From contig JAYWIR010000021.1 of NCBI GenBank assembly GCA_036172245.1, positions 2,170,001 to 2,234,000 of the forward strand: a stretch of DNA of 64,000 nucleotides, read 5' to 3'. The position numbers and the translations under genes are program-made. The notes beneath the pieces were generated by a model that had not been told where the DNA came from, did no database searches, and saw only the letters and a program-made list of their open reading frames with translations. Shown in pieces: positions 12,737-26,000 of the stretch (within the stretch, counting starts at the first letter, position 1; every line of letters starts with the position of its first letter). The stretch comes from Raillietiella orientalis (taxonomy: Eukaryota).

Positions 12737-15700
12737 CCTGGGGAGGGGGGGGGGGGAAACAAGGACATCCACGACGCCGGAAAAACATTTCGAGAGAAGG
12801 CAGGTGTTTTCGATGCACTGTGTGTCCCTCCCCTTTTATTCCCCCCTCCCCCCCACCCACCTCTTTTTTCTTTCTTTCTTTCCCCCCTCTCCCTCCCCCC
12901 CCCCTTTTCTTTCTTTCTTTCTCTCTCCATCCCGAGGAGTAGCGGCAGAGAGCACGCCTGCCGTTGTCCGACGGTTTCATTGGAAAGCTTTTTTGCTTCC
13001 CTAGAAAAGAAGGAATTTTTCTTCCGCGAGTATCGGAGTCGCCTTTTTCCCGACTCGTTCTTACAGTCGTACGCGTATCGTTCCGATATTTTATTCCGTT
13101 TATTGCACTGCACGAGGTGCCAAGGTAAATGGCACCGGATGGCGTGTGCTCCAAAGGATGCCAACCCTTCCATCGAGAGGCGGTTGATTGGGGTCCAGCA
13201 GCTGAATTCCCACCTTCCTTCGGACTGCGAGCCTCTCGCATTCCCTTTCCCTGGCGAAACGTCTCTCTCCTTTTCGAAGGCGCGTTTCATCCGTTGCCAA
13301 GGAGACGGAAAATCCGGGAACGGACGGAGGACCTCGGGAACGGCCGGGCGGGCGACGCGAACGGGAGTTTCGGCTCGACTGCGCCAGGGCATAACGCGGC
13401 GGCGCGGGCAGGCAGGGTCGTCGTCTGCGCAGGCATCGCCGAGGGCACGCAGCTCAAGGTGCTTATCGAGGGCATGGGAAGGGGCGTGAGAGAAAGAGAC
13501 GCTACTCTGCTCGGGGACTGCCCTCCCTCTCCGGAAGAAAACGGGGAGGACCCTCGTCCGGTTCGCTCCACTACCGCCGCCCGAGGTCTCTCTCGCGCGA
13601 CTCGTTCGAGAGGAGCAACCCGTATCTGCCGAACGCCTGGGAGCACCATCCCCCAACAGGACCGGAGAGCTCTGGCGCAGGCCCGACCGGCCGGCGGCAG
13701 AGGCAGGGTGCGTGCGGCAGCATCCCCTCTCACCCCCCACTCATCCCCCCGAGGGCGTTTTTCGCGGCGCAATCATTTTTGACGGCGCGAACACGAAAAA
13801 AACAAAACAAAAAAAAGGGGGGGGGGGAGAGGTACTCGCGGAAAAGTTTTTTTTCTCTCCTCCTCCTCTTCACATTTTGGTGACCCTGCACCCGTCTGGA
13901 GGGAAACCTGCGAGTGATTGACGAGACTCGGACGCTGGCAACGGCGGGGTCGCCTCGGGTTACACCGTGTGCCGGGAGGAGAGAGAGAGAGGAAACCGCG
14001 CTGGCCGTGGCGTTGGGCAGCAGCGGCTTCTTTCGCATGGAATGTCCAGCGGCGGAGATGCGCGCGCGTTGCCCCGGATACACGGAGGCGCGGCCTGGCG
14101 GGGAAGAGTTCCCGGAAAGGCGGACCGGGACCGAGGAAGAATCGGACGATCCTCACGCTCGCGCGGCAGCATCGACGCGGGGAGAGCTCTCTCTGGGCGG
14201 GGGCGCATGCTCCGCGCGCATGCGCACACAGCGTCGCCCGTGTCCTACGCCGACGCCGCCTCCATTGCTCTGCCTCGCTCGCTCGCTCGCGCGCGCGTGC
14301 GTGGGGCTCCCGGGAGGCGTGGAGGAGCACCGCAGCCGTGGTTGCCCTTTGGAAGCCCCACGGGCGGCCGTGTACCGCACGCCGAGCGCAAAAGCCAGAC
14401 GTGGATGGCAGGAGAGGTGGAGGAGTCGGCGCGTGGGTCCTTCATGGAAGAAAAAGAAGAAAAAGAAAGGAGTTGGGGAGAGAGGAAGAGCCGGGGTTGC
14501 CGGCGGTGGCTCCTTCCCTCCCTCTCCTTCCTCCTGCAAGGCAGGCTGGCCGGCCGGCCGACTCTCGCTGGGTGGTTGCGTGCTGCTGCTACCTTCGCTT
14601 CCTGGTCATCGTTCAGCAGGGGCGTGATTCTCGGGATGAAAGGAAGGAGGGAGGGGAAGGACTCCTTCCTCGCGGGCGCGGACGGGACTGCCCGACGCAA
14701 CACGTCGCTTCCCCCCTCCCCCATCCGGCGGAGGGAAGGCGTTCCGGTAGAAGCGCCGTGCGAACTGCGCTCCGCCCAGCGGAAGAATCAGCAAACGCTC
14801 GCTCTCGTTCCGTCCTTTCCTGTCCTTGCCCAGCCGCGAACCTTTCCCAGGGGTCACGTGAGGAGGGCTCCCTCCCCCTCCTCTTCCTACGGGCGCGATG
14901 CTGCTGCTGCTGCGGCGGCGGCGGCGGCGACGTTCGTGCGCGCGCCGCCGCCGCGGACGGCTCCCCTGACCCGCATGCGCGGGCAAGAAGAACCGTTCGG
15001 CGGGGCGGCCGTGCGTGGTGAAACCGCGAGACCGCGACGGCGGGCGGGCGTCACCGTGTCTCCCCTCCCCCCCCTTCCCTCGTGCGGACGGGGGGACGAG
15101 GCCGGAAGAAGGTTCTCCTCGTCCCTCTCCCTCCCCACGCGCGCCCGAGACGTCGGTTCGCTCCGCTCGCTCCTCGCTGGATGCGTGCGCGACTCGCCGC
15201 CCTGCTCCGTGCGCGCATCCTCGCGGGAGTGGACGAGAAGGGGAGATGGAAAGGGGAGTGGACCCGTCCAGCAGCTAAGGGGGGTGGCGTGAGGGGGTGA
15301 GTGACATGCTACCCTCCCCCCCCCCGCCTTGCCGGCACCCTGCATGTCTTCTCCCCCTCTCCTCTTCTCGGTAGCAGAGCTCTGTAACCGGGAACGCAAG
15401 TCTCCGGAAGACCCCGGGTCGGGGAAGATCGCGTCGCCTTCCCAGGGAACAGCAGTCCCTCACCTCGGACGCTGGGCGCCCGCGCGTCTGGAGAAGAGCC
15501 GGGAAGATGGAAAAGTCCAAGGAAAGGCAAGCTGGCGGGGCGACGCTCCCGGCAGAGGCACGCGTGTCCTCCCGCAGGAGAATCGGAGGCAGGTGCCAGG
15601 CGTCGTTCCCGAGCGTCAGGATCCCGAGGCCCGCTGCTGCGCCCGGAGGGACCCCCGTGGGACCCTCATCGATTCAATCCTCCGGGCCCGTCTGGGCCGG

Positions 15701-17651
15701 CTGTTCGAACGCGCGCGAGCATGCACGAGGGAGGAGGCGAAGGAGGGCTGCGCAAGGAAGGACGGATCGATAAATCACGTGATCGGAAATCCGTGGCACC
15801 TCTTCCCGTGCGGCGGCGCCTCCTCTCAGATGCCGTCCGAACGCAACGGTTCTGCAGAGTGCAGCAGCAGCAATCTGATTGGTCCCCGCCCCACTCTCCG
15901 ATATGTCCAAGCTACACACACACACACACACACACGAGGGACTAGAAGGGGGGGGGGGAACCGAGAACGCAGATTTCGAAGAGGCCGTTTCCGTCATCAC
16001 GTCATCATTCCTCTTGAAAGGGAAGGAGCCGAGAGTGCGGGCATGCGGCAATCCGAGGAGAGGAGAGAGGGCGTCGAGAGTGCCCGCGCCCAACTCCCCC
16101 CGTACCTGTAAGACACCACACAACCATCGTCTGGATCTCTAGAGGGGACGGAAGGCCCAAGGGACCCGGGCTCCGGCTTCAGAGAGCTCTGCGAACCAGC
16201 CTCCTCTTCCGCGTTGCGCAGCGACGCACCTTCCCCGCGTGCTCAAGACTGCGCGCGCAAGACGCAGGTGTGCACACGTATCGATAAATTAGGGAGCAGG
16301 GGTGCGCCTTCATCTTCAAAGCGAGCCCTTTCTTGTACAGACTTGACGTATGAGGTGTTGGTAGTTCTCACTTAAGGAAGAAACCACACATAAAAATACC
16401 TGATGTTTTCTCTCTCCCCTCCCCCCTCTTTTTTGCCTTTGTTTTTTTCTCTCCCGGCCGCCGCCCAGATTCGAAGCAGCGCTCTCTATTCTCAGAGTGC
16501 TCATCCAAGATGGCCGCCTCCCGCGTTCGTTGTTGGGGTCGTTGTTGTCCTCTCCCTTCGCGACAAGTCCACTTCTGCCCCGTCCCGGAATAAAAGCACG
16601 GACAGGCAGGAGTCCAGTCAGTAGGGTGCCTCCGAGGCTGGGGTAGCGGGGGGTGGCGACGTTCGTGGATCGGCGTGGGCACAGGCCGCCCCCTCTGCGC
16701 CGAAGAAGGCTCTTTTCACAGCCGTCCCGTTACCACAGAGATGTTACCGGGCGACCGTCGCAAGACCACTTTATTGAAGGAAACGCCTTCTTTGCTGATT
16801 CGCTCCCTCCCAAACACACGCGCGCGCGCGCGAATGAGTGTGGGAGAGCGGAAAGGAAGCGCTTTTTATTCGTTCTACGTCGATCTTTTCATAGGTTGGG
16901 TCAGATTTCAGAGGTCTCCGGAGAGGTTCGAGCCGACGGCGAGGGAGCGGACCGGGGAACTCGAAAAAAAGGTGCGCGTTCACACGAAGCACGTGGAAAC
17001 TCATCCCTGCAGATGTCCACACGAACTCGAACCATCTTCATACCAGCTGTCATCCGCTTTTATACCACCTGCCAGCTGAGCAGCAACCTGCCTAGCAACG
17101 AGGCGACCGCGGAGGCTGCTTTCTTGACTGGCGGAGGTACCGCAGCGACAGCTCCCTGCCCGTTTCCACCGGGCGAAACCGGCCGGGAGGAAGGGGCATC
17201 CACCCGCTCCTGCCCTGGGTCCGCGGCGAAGCGGCGGCCGAGGCGTGCCCAGGAAACGACAAGTCCCCCCCCACGCCTCCCCTTTCCCCTCCCTGAAGCA
17301 GCTCGCAGCGTCCGAAGCGCAGCCGGAGCCGGGAGCTCTTTCGCTGAGGATCGCGAAGGGCGCGGCCCTGACAGCAGCATGCGACTTCTGTGAAGAGGGA
17401 TGGGGGTAGGGCGGAGGGGGTCTCGCTTGGGTGCTCCCAAGACGAATTTGGTCCGCTTAAACCTCTGCAAAATTTCAACAGCGCCGAGGGAAAAGGAAGC
17501 ACCGGCGCGTGCGCGGCGGAAGCTCTGGAGGCTTCGAAGGTGGGCACTGAAGGTGGCTGCAGCGACGAAGGTCACGCACGGGCGCCTTGAAGCAACCTGT
17601 TCTCGGAATGGTCCAAGTTGCCGCGCGTCGCGCGGGAGGCGCGCAGAGACG

Positions 17652-17681
17652 CTTCTTCTTCTTCTTCTTCTTCTTCTTCTT
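17652..17681. repeat. (CTT)n microsatellite
   Basis: Directly visible. Confidence 0.9.
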
Positions 17682-18708
17682 GTTCTTGGAATGCTCTTGG
17701 GAAAGGGTCGAAGGCGCTCGCTCCACGGCACTCACGCGTGCGTCGTTCCCGTTTCTTTGGGTGACTCAAGATGCCCGCTGTGAGGCCTTGCATTTCTGGG
17801 GCGGGAGAGCCCCTCAGGTTTCCGTCGTCCCCCTTGAAGGGGGGAAGTGACCGCGAGCGAGGTCAAAGGCGAACCGCTTCCGGGGAGAAAGCGCCTCCGG
17901 AAGACGGAGGGCGGCGACGAGAGCGAGGGTGCGCTGCTGCCGGTCGAAGACGAAGGTCACGCTGCGGTGGCGACGACGAGCGTCTAGGAAAAGGACCGCT
18001 CCAGGGAGAGAGAAGAGCATCCAGGAAACAATAAAAAGAATTTCATCAAGAAAGGTATTTCATCGATCGCTTTTTTTCCCCTTCGTCTTCTTCCCCTTCC
18101 CGTTCCCTCGGCACTTTTTTTCCAGGTTTTGCTGCGCCCTGCCGCCTTCTTCCCCTTTCCGGCTCTGAAAAGCGTTTGCGCGCTTCGCAGAGGGGCAGCC
18201 GGAGAAGAGGCGGCGGCGTTGCTGGACGACCGTCAAGGACCAGCGCTTTCGCGTCACGCAACGACGTCCGCGAGTTTTCCCTCCCGACGCAGGGGGTGCC
18301 CCGTCTCCGGGACGCTTTCGACTTCCCCTCTCTCCTCTTTGGCCGCCGCGTGTACCCCCTCCCCCCCCCCCACCCCTGGAGGGGCGCTTCCGTTCTTGGC
18401 GCGCGCGCCGCGGCCGAAGTTTTCCCGTCTCGCCTTGCGAAGCAGGAAATGCCCCCCTCCCCCCGCCGTCAGTGGAACGAAAATTCGAAAAGGCGGATTT
18501 CCGACGGCAGGCGGAGGAGGACGGAGGGGTCCTCGAGAGGAAGCAGACCGACGGTCGAACCGAGCTTCTGGAACCTGCGGAGGGTCAGGCAAGAGGGGGA
18601 GGGAGGAGCTCGCCGGAGCGGAGATGGTCCGTTCCGGACCACCAGTGACGGATCAACGGTGTCGCGGTCCTCTCCTCTTCATTTTCCAAAAATACACCGC
18701 AACTCCCA

Positions 18709-18860
18709 GCAAGTCGGGGGGAGGGGGGAGGACTTTCCTCTCGAGCGACGCGACCTGGGCGTTGCAGCGTGCCCGAGGCGGGGTTGGCACCCGATGAGGT
18801 CTTCCCTGCCCCACCTCGGGGCCTGCACAAGTGGCTCTTCCGCCTCCCCTAACGCCAGGG
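18709..18860. repeat. ~150-bp direct repeat, copy 1 (distantly related to repeat R, in reverse orientation)
   Basis: High similarity to 19553-19705 (gcaagtcgggg...ggactttcctctcgagcgacgcgacctgggcg...ggggttggcacccgatg...cctgcacaagtggctcttccg). Confidence 0.9.
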
Positions 18861-19552
18861 CAGAATCGTCCCGGGGACGTTGCCCCCCGGCCCCGCGCTC
18901 TGCGACTTTCGGTGTTTCGCTGCCGTGGTCTTCCCGTGCCACGTAACGTGACGCGTGGGTCCGTTCCTCCCGCTCGGAGGCTGCCGGCAGCCTCGCGCGC
19001 GCGCGCGCGATGGAGGAGGGGGGGATCGTTGTGCACGCCGACGACGACGGCGACGAGGTTTCGCTTTCCATCCTCCTGTACGTGCCACCAACCTCTCTGC
19101 TTGGCCACCTGAGCGCTCTGGCAGGCAGGCACACACGCACGCACGCACGCACACGTACCTTGAGGCGGCGCACGCAGACACACGTGCGGCGCATGTGTGC
19201 CGCACACGGAGGCGAGAGAAAGGAAACGGGGAAGGAAGGGAGGGGAAGGGAAGGGCCCCCCCTCTGACCCTTGCGGGGGGACGGGAGGGGGCCGCGCACG
19301 GAAGTGCCGCCTTCTGGGGCGCCCGAGCGCATCCGCGTTGAGGAAATCCAGGAAGTGCCCGCGGCGCTCCGGCGTCTCTCCGTCCGATGCGCGCGCGGAT
19401 GAGGCAGGCAGGGCTGCTTCAGGGGTCTCCCGCGGAGGCTTTCCGCCTTTCCCGCGTGTCGCAGGAGGCGCGGTGGTTCTCCTGTGGCCATCTTCGCGCG
19501 CGCCGCCCCCTCTGTAGTCGCTCCCCCCAGGAACGACAGGCGGCAGACTACG

Positions 19553-19705
19553 GCAAGTCGGGGGGGAGGGGGGAGGACTTTCCTCTCGAGCGACGCGACC
19601 TGGGCGCTGCAGCGTGCCGGCGGCGGGGTTGGCACCCGATGTGGTCTTCCCTTCCCCACCTCGGGTCCTGCACAAGTGGCTCTTCCGGCTTCCCTGACGC
19701 TAGGG
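19553..19705. repeat. ~150-bp direct repeat, copy 2
   Basis: High similarity to 18709-18860, offset ~845 bp. Confidence 0.9.
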
Positions 19706-20039
19706 GACCGGGTGGCGGCCGTCCATTTGGTGGACGCAAGGCGAAACCGACGGCGGCGTAGGCTGCGCCGCCTCCCTCTGTGGCTTCTGCGTGGACCGCC
19801 AACGCCCGCTGGCCGAGCGCAGAGGAAGGGTGGCAGGAAATCGACGGACGCAGCGGAACTCGGCGCGCGGCGACAGAAGAGGAGGGGCAGGAAGTCACGC
19901 CTGTCGGAAGCACCCTTCTCGTTCCGGCTCCGAGACCCCGAAGGAACGACGGAGGAGGGGGGGGGGAACCGAGGATAGTGTGGATACCCAGCTTGGCCGA
20001 CCGACCCCCCTCCATTTAGCCCGGTACGGAGAAGGTGGG

Positions 20040-20300
20040 AAGAGCTCAAGGGCGGTCGGGGACTCACCGGACCACGGCGCGCGCGGCACCGGACGTCGCG
20101 GGTTCGAGTTCAGAGTTTTCCCCGCGAGATGACGCTGGTCGGTGGAAGCCGGATGCCCCCGACGAGTGGATTGGAGTCGACCTCCGGAGGCCCTTCCAGG
20201 AAAAGGAACCGAGGAGTTCACCGAAAGGCGGGGTCGGTCAGGCGTCAGCTCGGTCTCCAGGGGACTCACCTACCCGCTCTTCCTCCTCTGCAGTCCATAG
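20040..20300 (+). repeat. tRNA-like-headed repeat, partial copy
   Basis: gcgcgcggcaccggacgtcgcgggttcgag (B-box-like at 20101) parallels gcgcgtggcaccgatgcgtcgcgggttcgaa at 22315-22345. It is followed by ggattggagtcgacctccggaggcccttccaggaa. Confidence 0.6.
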
Positions 20301-21439
20301 GGAAGCCGGGATAAAGGAGGCAATCCTAGGGTGGCGGCGGCAGCAGCAGCGGGCCCCCTCGCTGGTGCGGGCCGGGGGACGTCCGCAGTCCCCTGGCCAG
20401 GGGTCGTTGGTCCGTCGTCAGCCCCTCTCGATTGCTCCTGCGCCAGACGGAGAGCAGGGAGTGTGTGTGGGGGGGGGGGGCTCAAGCCACTGAGCGCGTG
20501 TGCTGCTGCTGCTTTCCTCCTCTTCCTCCTCCTGCCGCCTCGGGGCCGATCGGGCGATCCTGTCCGCGGAAGGGCTGCGCGAAGTCGCCTCAGCTTACTT
20601 CTGAGGACTCGAGGGAAGAGGAGTAGGAGTAGGAGGGGAGGACTCGGCGGGAGGTGCGTGCGAGGAGCAAATTTTTTTTTTCTTTTTTTTTTGCTCCCGG
20701 TTTTGCTCGGTCCGTGCGCATCCCGACCCCTTCGAGTCCTACGGGGAGGGCGGCCCTTTCACTTTCTCGGGCCGGATTTCCCTTTCTGAGGCGCTGGCGA
20801 GAACCCACGCGGGAAAGAAAGTGAGGGAGGAAGAAGAGGAAAAGGAGAAAGCCCACGGTTTCTTCTTCCGCTTTTCCCTCCTTCCCCCTTTTTGCTTTCG
20901 AGGTTCCGACCTTTGTGCATCAGAAGGAGCAAAGAAATGGACCGTTCTGCAGCTGCCTCCCCATCCTCCTCCTCCCGGACGTCCGGGAAAGACGAGGATT
21001 GCCCCCCTCCCAGTATAAAATATGAACGGGAGCTGGGAAGAATGGGGGGAAGGGGGAAGGACAACCCGTTTCCCGCCGTCATTCTACACGACCGGGGTTC
21101 CGATAGGGGTGGGTGGGTGGGTGGGTGGGGACGCGCGAACACGTGTGGCCAATCGATACGAACACGCCTGCTGGCACGGACTCCCCGCTCTTCCTGTGCC
21201 CGGAATTCCCTCTCTTCAGGACGGCGGCGGATCCAGGAGGGGAGCAGCGGCGGCGACTTCCTTGCCGCGCGTTCCTCAGGAGCGGGAAGGACAAACCTTT
21301 TCTTTTCTCCCTCTTTTTCGCCAGAAGGCGAAGGAAGCACAGAGCAGCCCGACGGCCGAAAGATCCCCTTCCTGACTTGCAACTTGCGCACCCCTTGCCT
21401 GAGGGTGACCCCACCACCAGCAACAGATCCTACTCTCGA

Positions 21440-22210
21440 GAAGGGAATCTCAGCTTCGTCGTCCCGGCCCGCACTGGCTGCGACGCGGCACCGCGCGTCC
21501 CGGGTTCAAACGCCGCCCAAGGGGATGGGAGGGGGGGAGAAGCGTCGATGCCGAGTAATGGAGGACTCGCGTCGTGGGATTTCGAGTCCTCCCCCCTCCC
21601 TCCGCAGGATCGCGCTGGGAGACCTCGGTTGGCTTCGAGTGCGTGCAGCACTGGTGGACGCCGGACGCCTCCGTTGACTGGCCGAGGTTGGAAGTTGACC
21701 TCCGGGCTCCTTCCAGAACACCAAGGAGCCCTTCGAGACTCCCCTCCTCCGGCTGCGAAAATGGAGTCGTCTACCCCCTTGGGGTGGGCCCTCTATCTCG
21801 TACCATGGACCCTCAGGTGTCCCCTCTGCAGGGTGTGGTGAAGCTCGCTACTCCCTTCGGGGAAATCGGGGAGCGTCCCTTCGAGACTCTCTTCATGGGA
21901 GGAAACGAGGAGCAGATCCTTTCCGGGGAATCCCTCCGGAAAAGAAATCCCAGGAGGGGGTCCTTTCCAGGTTCCCTTAGGAAAAGAAACAGCGGAGGGG
22001 CCTTCACAAACCGGGGGGTCCCTCCGGGGACAACCAGGGTGGAGGTGGTTGTCTTCGGGATTTCCTCCCAAGCGTAAGAAAGGAACGGACTCGTTCCTCC
22101 TCCGGAACCCTTCCCGGATTTACAGGATGGTCCTTCCACAGTCACCTCCTACAACTGGAAGAGTCACACGCACCCTCGGGAGGCGTGGGCGGTGCTGAAA
22201 GAGCTCCGTG
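21440..22210 (+). repeat. tRNA-like-headed repeat, diverged copy
   Basis: B-box-like GGTTCAAAC at 21503-21511. The body ttggaagttgacctccgggctccttccagaacaccaaggag...gatcctttccggggaatccct matches the 53.6-54.1 kb copy. Confidence 0.7.
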
Positions 22211-22279
22211 AGCCTGCAGGCGAGCGGTTCTTCAGTGTCTGGAGAACCCGAAGAGGAAGACCGCAAGAAAAGAAAGGAG

Positions 22280-23060
22280 GCCCTCGTCGGAGTCTTTGTG
22301 GTCTTAAGGCTTCCGCGCGTGGCACCGATGCGTCGCGGGTTCGAATACTCCGTTAGAAAGTGACGCCACTGAGCCATTGGGTTCCGAGTTTCTCCTGCAA
22401 TGGCGCTGGTTGGCCGAGACATTCGGGCATGGCACCGGTGGTCCTTTAAGCCGGAGGCCCCCGATGGAGGTCGGAACAGTGGGAGTCGACCTTCGGGTCC
22501 TCCCAGGAATCAAGGAGTGGGGAGTTCCCCTCCTGTCGTGCAACGGAGAGCGGACCTCCCTCACCGGGGGACCCCTCCGGTTTCAAGATGGAGCAGGAGC
22601 CCTCACGGGCACCTCTTTAGTTGTTCAAAGGAGAGGACCCCCCCTGTTGCGGGGGGACCCTTCGAGTAGTCGCCTCTTCACAGAGTGTGCACAAGGAAGC
22701 AAGCGAGAGCGATTCCCTGCGGGAAGCTGCAGCGCCCCTTCTGAGTTTCGGAAGCGCCCCTTCGGGGTTCTCTTCAGAGGAGTGAATAGGAGCGGTTCCC
22801 TTGAGGGTTCCCTTCGGAGAAGTTGAAATGGAGAGGACAGCCCCTCCCCATTGGGGGGGAGGTGTGTCCCTCCGGAGAGAATGAGGAAGGAGATTCCCTT
22901 CTGGGTCCCCCTTCGGAGACAACCAGGGTGGGAGGTGACATCCCCCTCTCCAAGCGTGAGAGGAACGGATTCCGAGCCTCCCTTCCGGGGTGCCCCCTAT
23001 CTTCAAGAATAACACGCACCCTCCGCGGATGGCGTGGAACAGTCTTAAAGAGCCACGTGC
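22280..23060 (+). repeat. tRNA-like-headed repeat, tandem diverged copy
   Basis: A-box-like tggtcttaaggc and B-box-like GGTTCGAAT at 22338-22346. Body gggagtcgaccttcgggtcctcccaggaatcaaggag and 3' part gacaaccagggtgg...ccaagcgtgagaggaacgga...cacgcaccctc are shared with 21440-22210. Confidence 0.7.
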
Positions 23061-26000
23061 GCTGCGAGGCACGCGAGGTACTTAGCGAATCAAGAAAAGA
23101 AAGGCGACTTAAAGAAAAAAAAAAAAACAGCAGCAGCGGCAAAGAGAAGAAGAGGAAGAGCAAAGCAGAGGGCAGCCCAGCAGACAGAAGCGAGGCGAAC
23201 GTGACATGCGGACGTGTCCCTTGGGTTGCCATGGCTCGATATTCTCATGCGTCCGCAGCAACGAGCAACCGATTGTGTTCGAAGAATGTGCCTGCGTTCT
23301 CCCCCTCCTCCCCCCCTCCCACACACAGACCTGTTCTTTCAGTCCGGCGCACGCGCGTCGGCGCGCGTGCATTCCCTTCTGCTCTTCGGGGGATGCGCAT
23401 GCCAGCTGAAAGCGCAAAAAAAAAAAAAAAAAAAGGCAAAGAAAAAGAAAGAAAGAAGGAAGGAGGGAAAGATGGTGATAAACTTGAAAAAATAAAAGTG
23501 AAGCAGCGTCTGGGGGTTCCGTTTGATTGGGCGAAAGCGGCCGTGGAATATCCCCCTCCCTCCCCATCCTGAGCCGCCACCGCGCAGAGGGTCGAATGGG
23601 GAGAGCGGCGACCGAAAGCTGCTGAGCTCGCAGCGGCGGTGCCACTGCTGCTGCTGCTGCCCTTTTTGTGTTCCCAACCCGTCGTCGGAGAGCGGAGCAC
23701 ACGCGGGCGATACCGGAGCCACGGCAGCGGCGCCGGACACGCGCACGCCGTAACCGAGCGACGGGCGTGCCCCCCTGCGCCTCCCGACTCGCGCAAAAAA
23801 GTCTGCTTCCGCCTCGCTCGCAGTTTCCCCGAGCAGAACTTCTTCACGACTTCCCTACTACGGTTTCGCAACTCCCCGACGAGAGAGAGGTTCCCTCCCA
23901 AGTCGTTGATCTCGCCTACTTTCCCCCCCTCCCTTTCCCGCGAGGCGCAGCTCGGTCCGGGAGGCGGCAGCAACGGCGGTCGGCGCTCCTCTCCAGCATC
24001 CGAGGAAAAAAAGAAAAAAAAATCTCCCTTCGCCGATCTTCGAGGAGATGCAGGCGAGGGCCCGCAGGTTTTCCTTCCAGGCCTGCAGCCTCCCGAAAAC
24101 TCGTCAATCTCCTCGGTCCATTTGCAAAAAAGCATCTCGAAAAAAAAAAAAAAGAAGAAGAAGAAAAAAACGAAGGTTCGTTTTGTTTTCCTCCAAGGAG
24201 TTCAAAGGACGGTTCCAGAAGATCTCCCGCATCCCTACGCGAATCCGCTGTTCCGGATGCTCTAGTCTTGAGGTCCCTCTACTCCGCGCCTCTTCGCGTC
24301 TTTGCAGCCAAGTCGCCCAAACGCACACAATAAGAGCATCGTCGGGGACGGTGGTGGAGGAAATACTCACTTCCGGTCCCCCAATTTCCGCCGAGCCGAA
24401 TCGGCAGCAAATGAACTCCGGGAACAATTCATCACCCCCCAAGCGATTTCCTTCTCCTCGAATGGGCGGGGGGATCGATTCCTGGATCCCCGAGCATTAT
24501 GGGCGAGGAGGGTGGATCCCTTCCCGGCCGACTCCCGTCCGATGCGTTTCCTGCGTCCGCTCTTTTCCGACTCCTCCGGAATCTTCTTGCCAGCATGGGC
24601 TGTTTCTGCGCCAGGAGCCCATGCGGGAAAGGATCGGGGACGGTGCTCGCGGAGTAATGACAGCACGGATTATTCGGCCGTCGTCGTTAGCGGGGATCGC
24701 CTTGGGTGCTCGCACACGTCACGCCGACACGTACACGATGCGTCTCATGCAGCGGAGACTTCTCTCGAGGCGGATGCACGCGCCCGCCTCTCCTTGGTCA
24801 CACTCGCCTCGTCCCTTGTGATCTCGGAGGCACCGCGCCGTCACTTGGAAAGCGAAATGAAAACGAAAGCGTGACCTCCCCTCCGATGAAACACACACAC
24901 ACACACACACACACAACACGACCCTCTCTCACGAGTTTGGGTTCCGCGGAAATGTTGAGGAATGCTGAGAATGTTGATGATCGGGAATGGTTGAGCAATT
25001 TGCCCGGAGTCCCGATCCAACGCACCGATTCGCGCCGGGCCCACGCGAGAAAGCACGCCGCTTCGTTCCCCACATGGGGTGGGCTGGGGTGGGGGTGCCT
25101 TCCCCCAAAAGCGACCACTCGCTGCAAGTTTTCCTGTTAGCTGCACACCTCAACGGTTACATCACATCTCCCCCCCACTCCTCCTCCTTCTGCCACTGCT
25201 TTCATTGCCAAACTCACGTTGATCGTTTCTCATCTCTGCTTTTTTTCTTTTGAAAAAGAAGGAGAAGAAGAACGCGAACCTCTCAACTAAAAATTATTGC
25301 TACAGCAATCTCGCAGTTTTTTTTGTTTTGTTTTGTTTTGTTTTGTGACGACGATGGAAGAAAAGAAGAATGCAAAAAAAAAAAAAAAAAGGAGAGAATG
25401 CTTCTCACTCTCCCTCTCTCTCTCTCTTTGTTTGCAAGAAAAACTTCGCGGTGTACACACACACGAAAACTTTTCTTCTTCTTCCGCCAAGACACTGCTG
25501 GGTGCGTGAAATTTTTTTTTTTCTTTTCCTTTCCGTCTTGGGAAAGTTCCTGATCAAACTTTTCCGAGATACCTATCACGGTAGGGCTCCGAGAACAGAT
25601 AAAATCAAATTTCCAGTTCGTGCCCTACGGAAGACTGCCCACGTTGGAAACTCTCCGCAATGGAGATGAAATGTAAAAGAACTCCTTCCAGAGGGAAGCT
25701 TTTTCCCTTTCCCCGCTGTGCCTCCGTCGCTGGTGCGTCCTCAGCACCGGCAAAGCAGGGCACGTCCACCCATGGATTGCTGAAATTTCGAACACGAAAT
25801 AACCCCCTCGACCGGGCACACGGGAAAGCGCCAAGGGCGGGCACCACCGCGCTCGTGTGTGATCCTGGAAATTGCCACGAGCAGGGAACCAAGTCGTGCC
25901 GGACCACGCGTGGTCGGCGCCTCCCCGGTCCGGTTGCACACGGAATGCATAGAATCCTGCAAGACGTTCGAGGGTACTCGGAGCAACGGACCTCAGAAAT

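Noticed and set aside
12155..15292. Several 400-520 aa ORFs on both strands
   Set aside because: Stop-codon scarcity in GC-rich DNA. The translations cross microsatellites (poly-W/H, poly-K) and show no family motifs.
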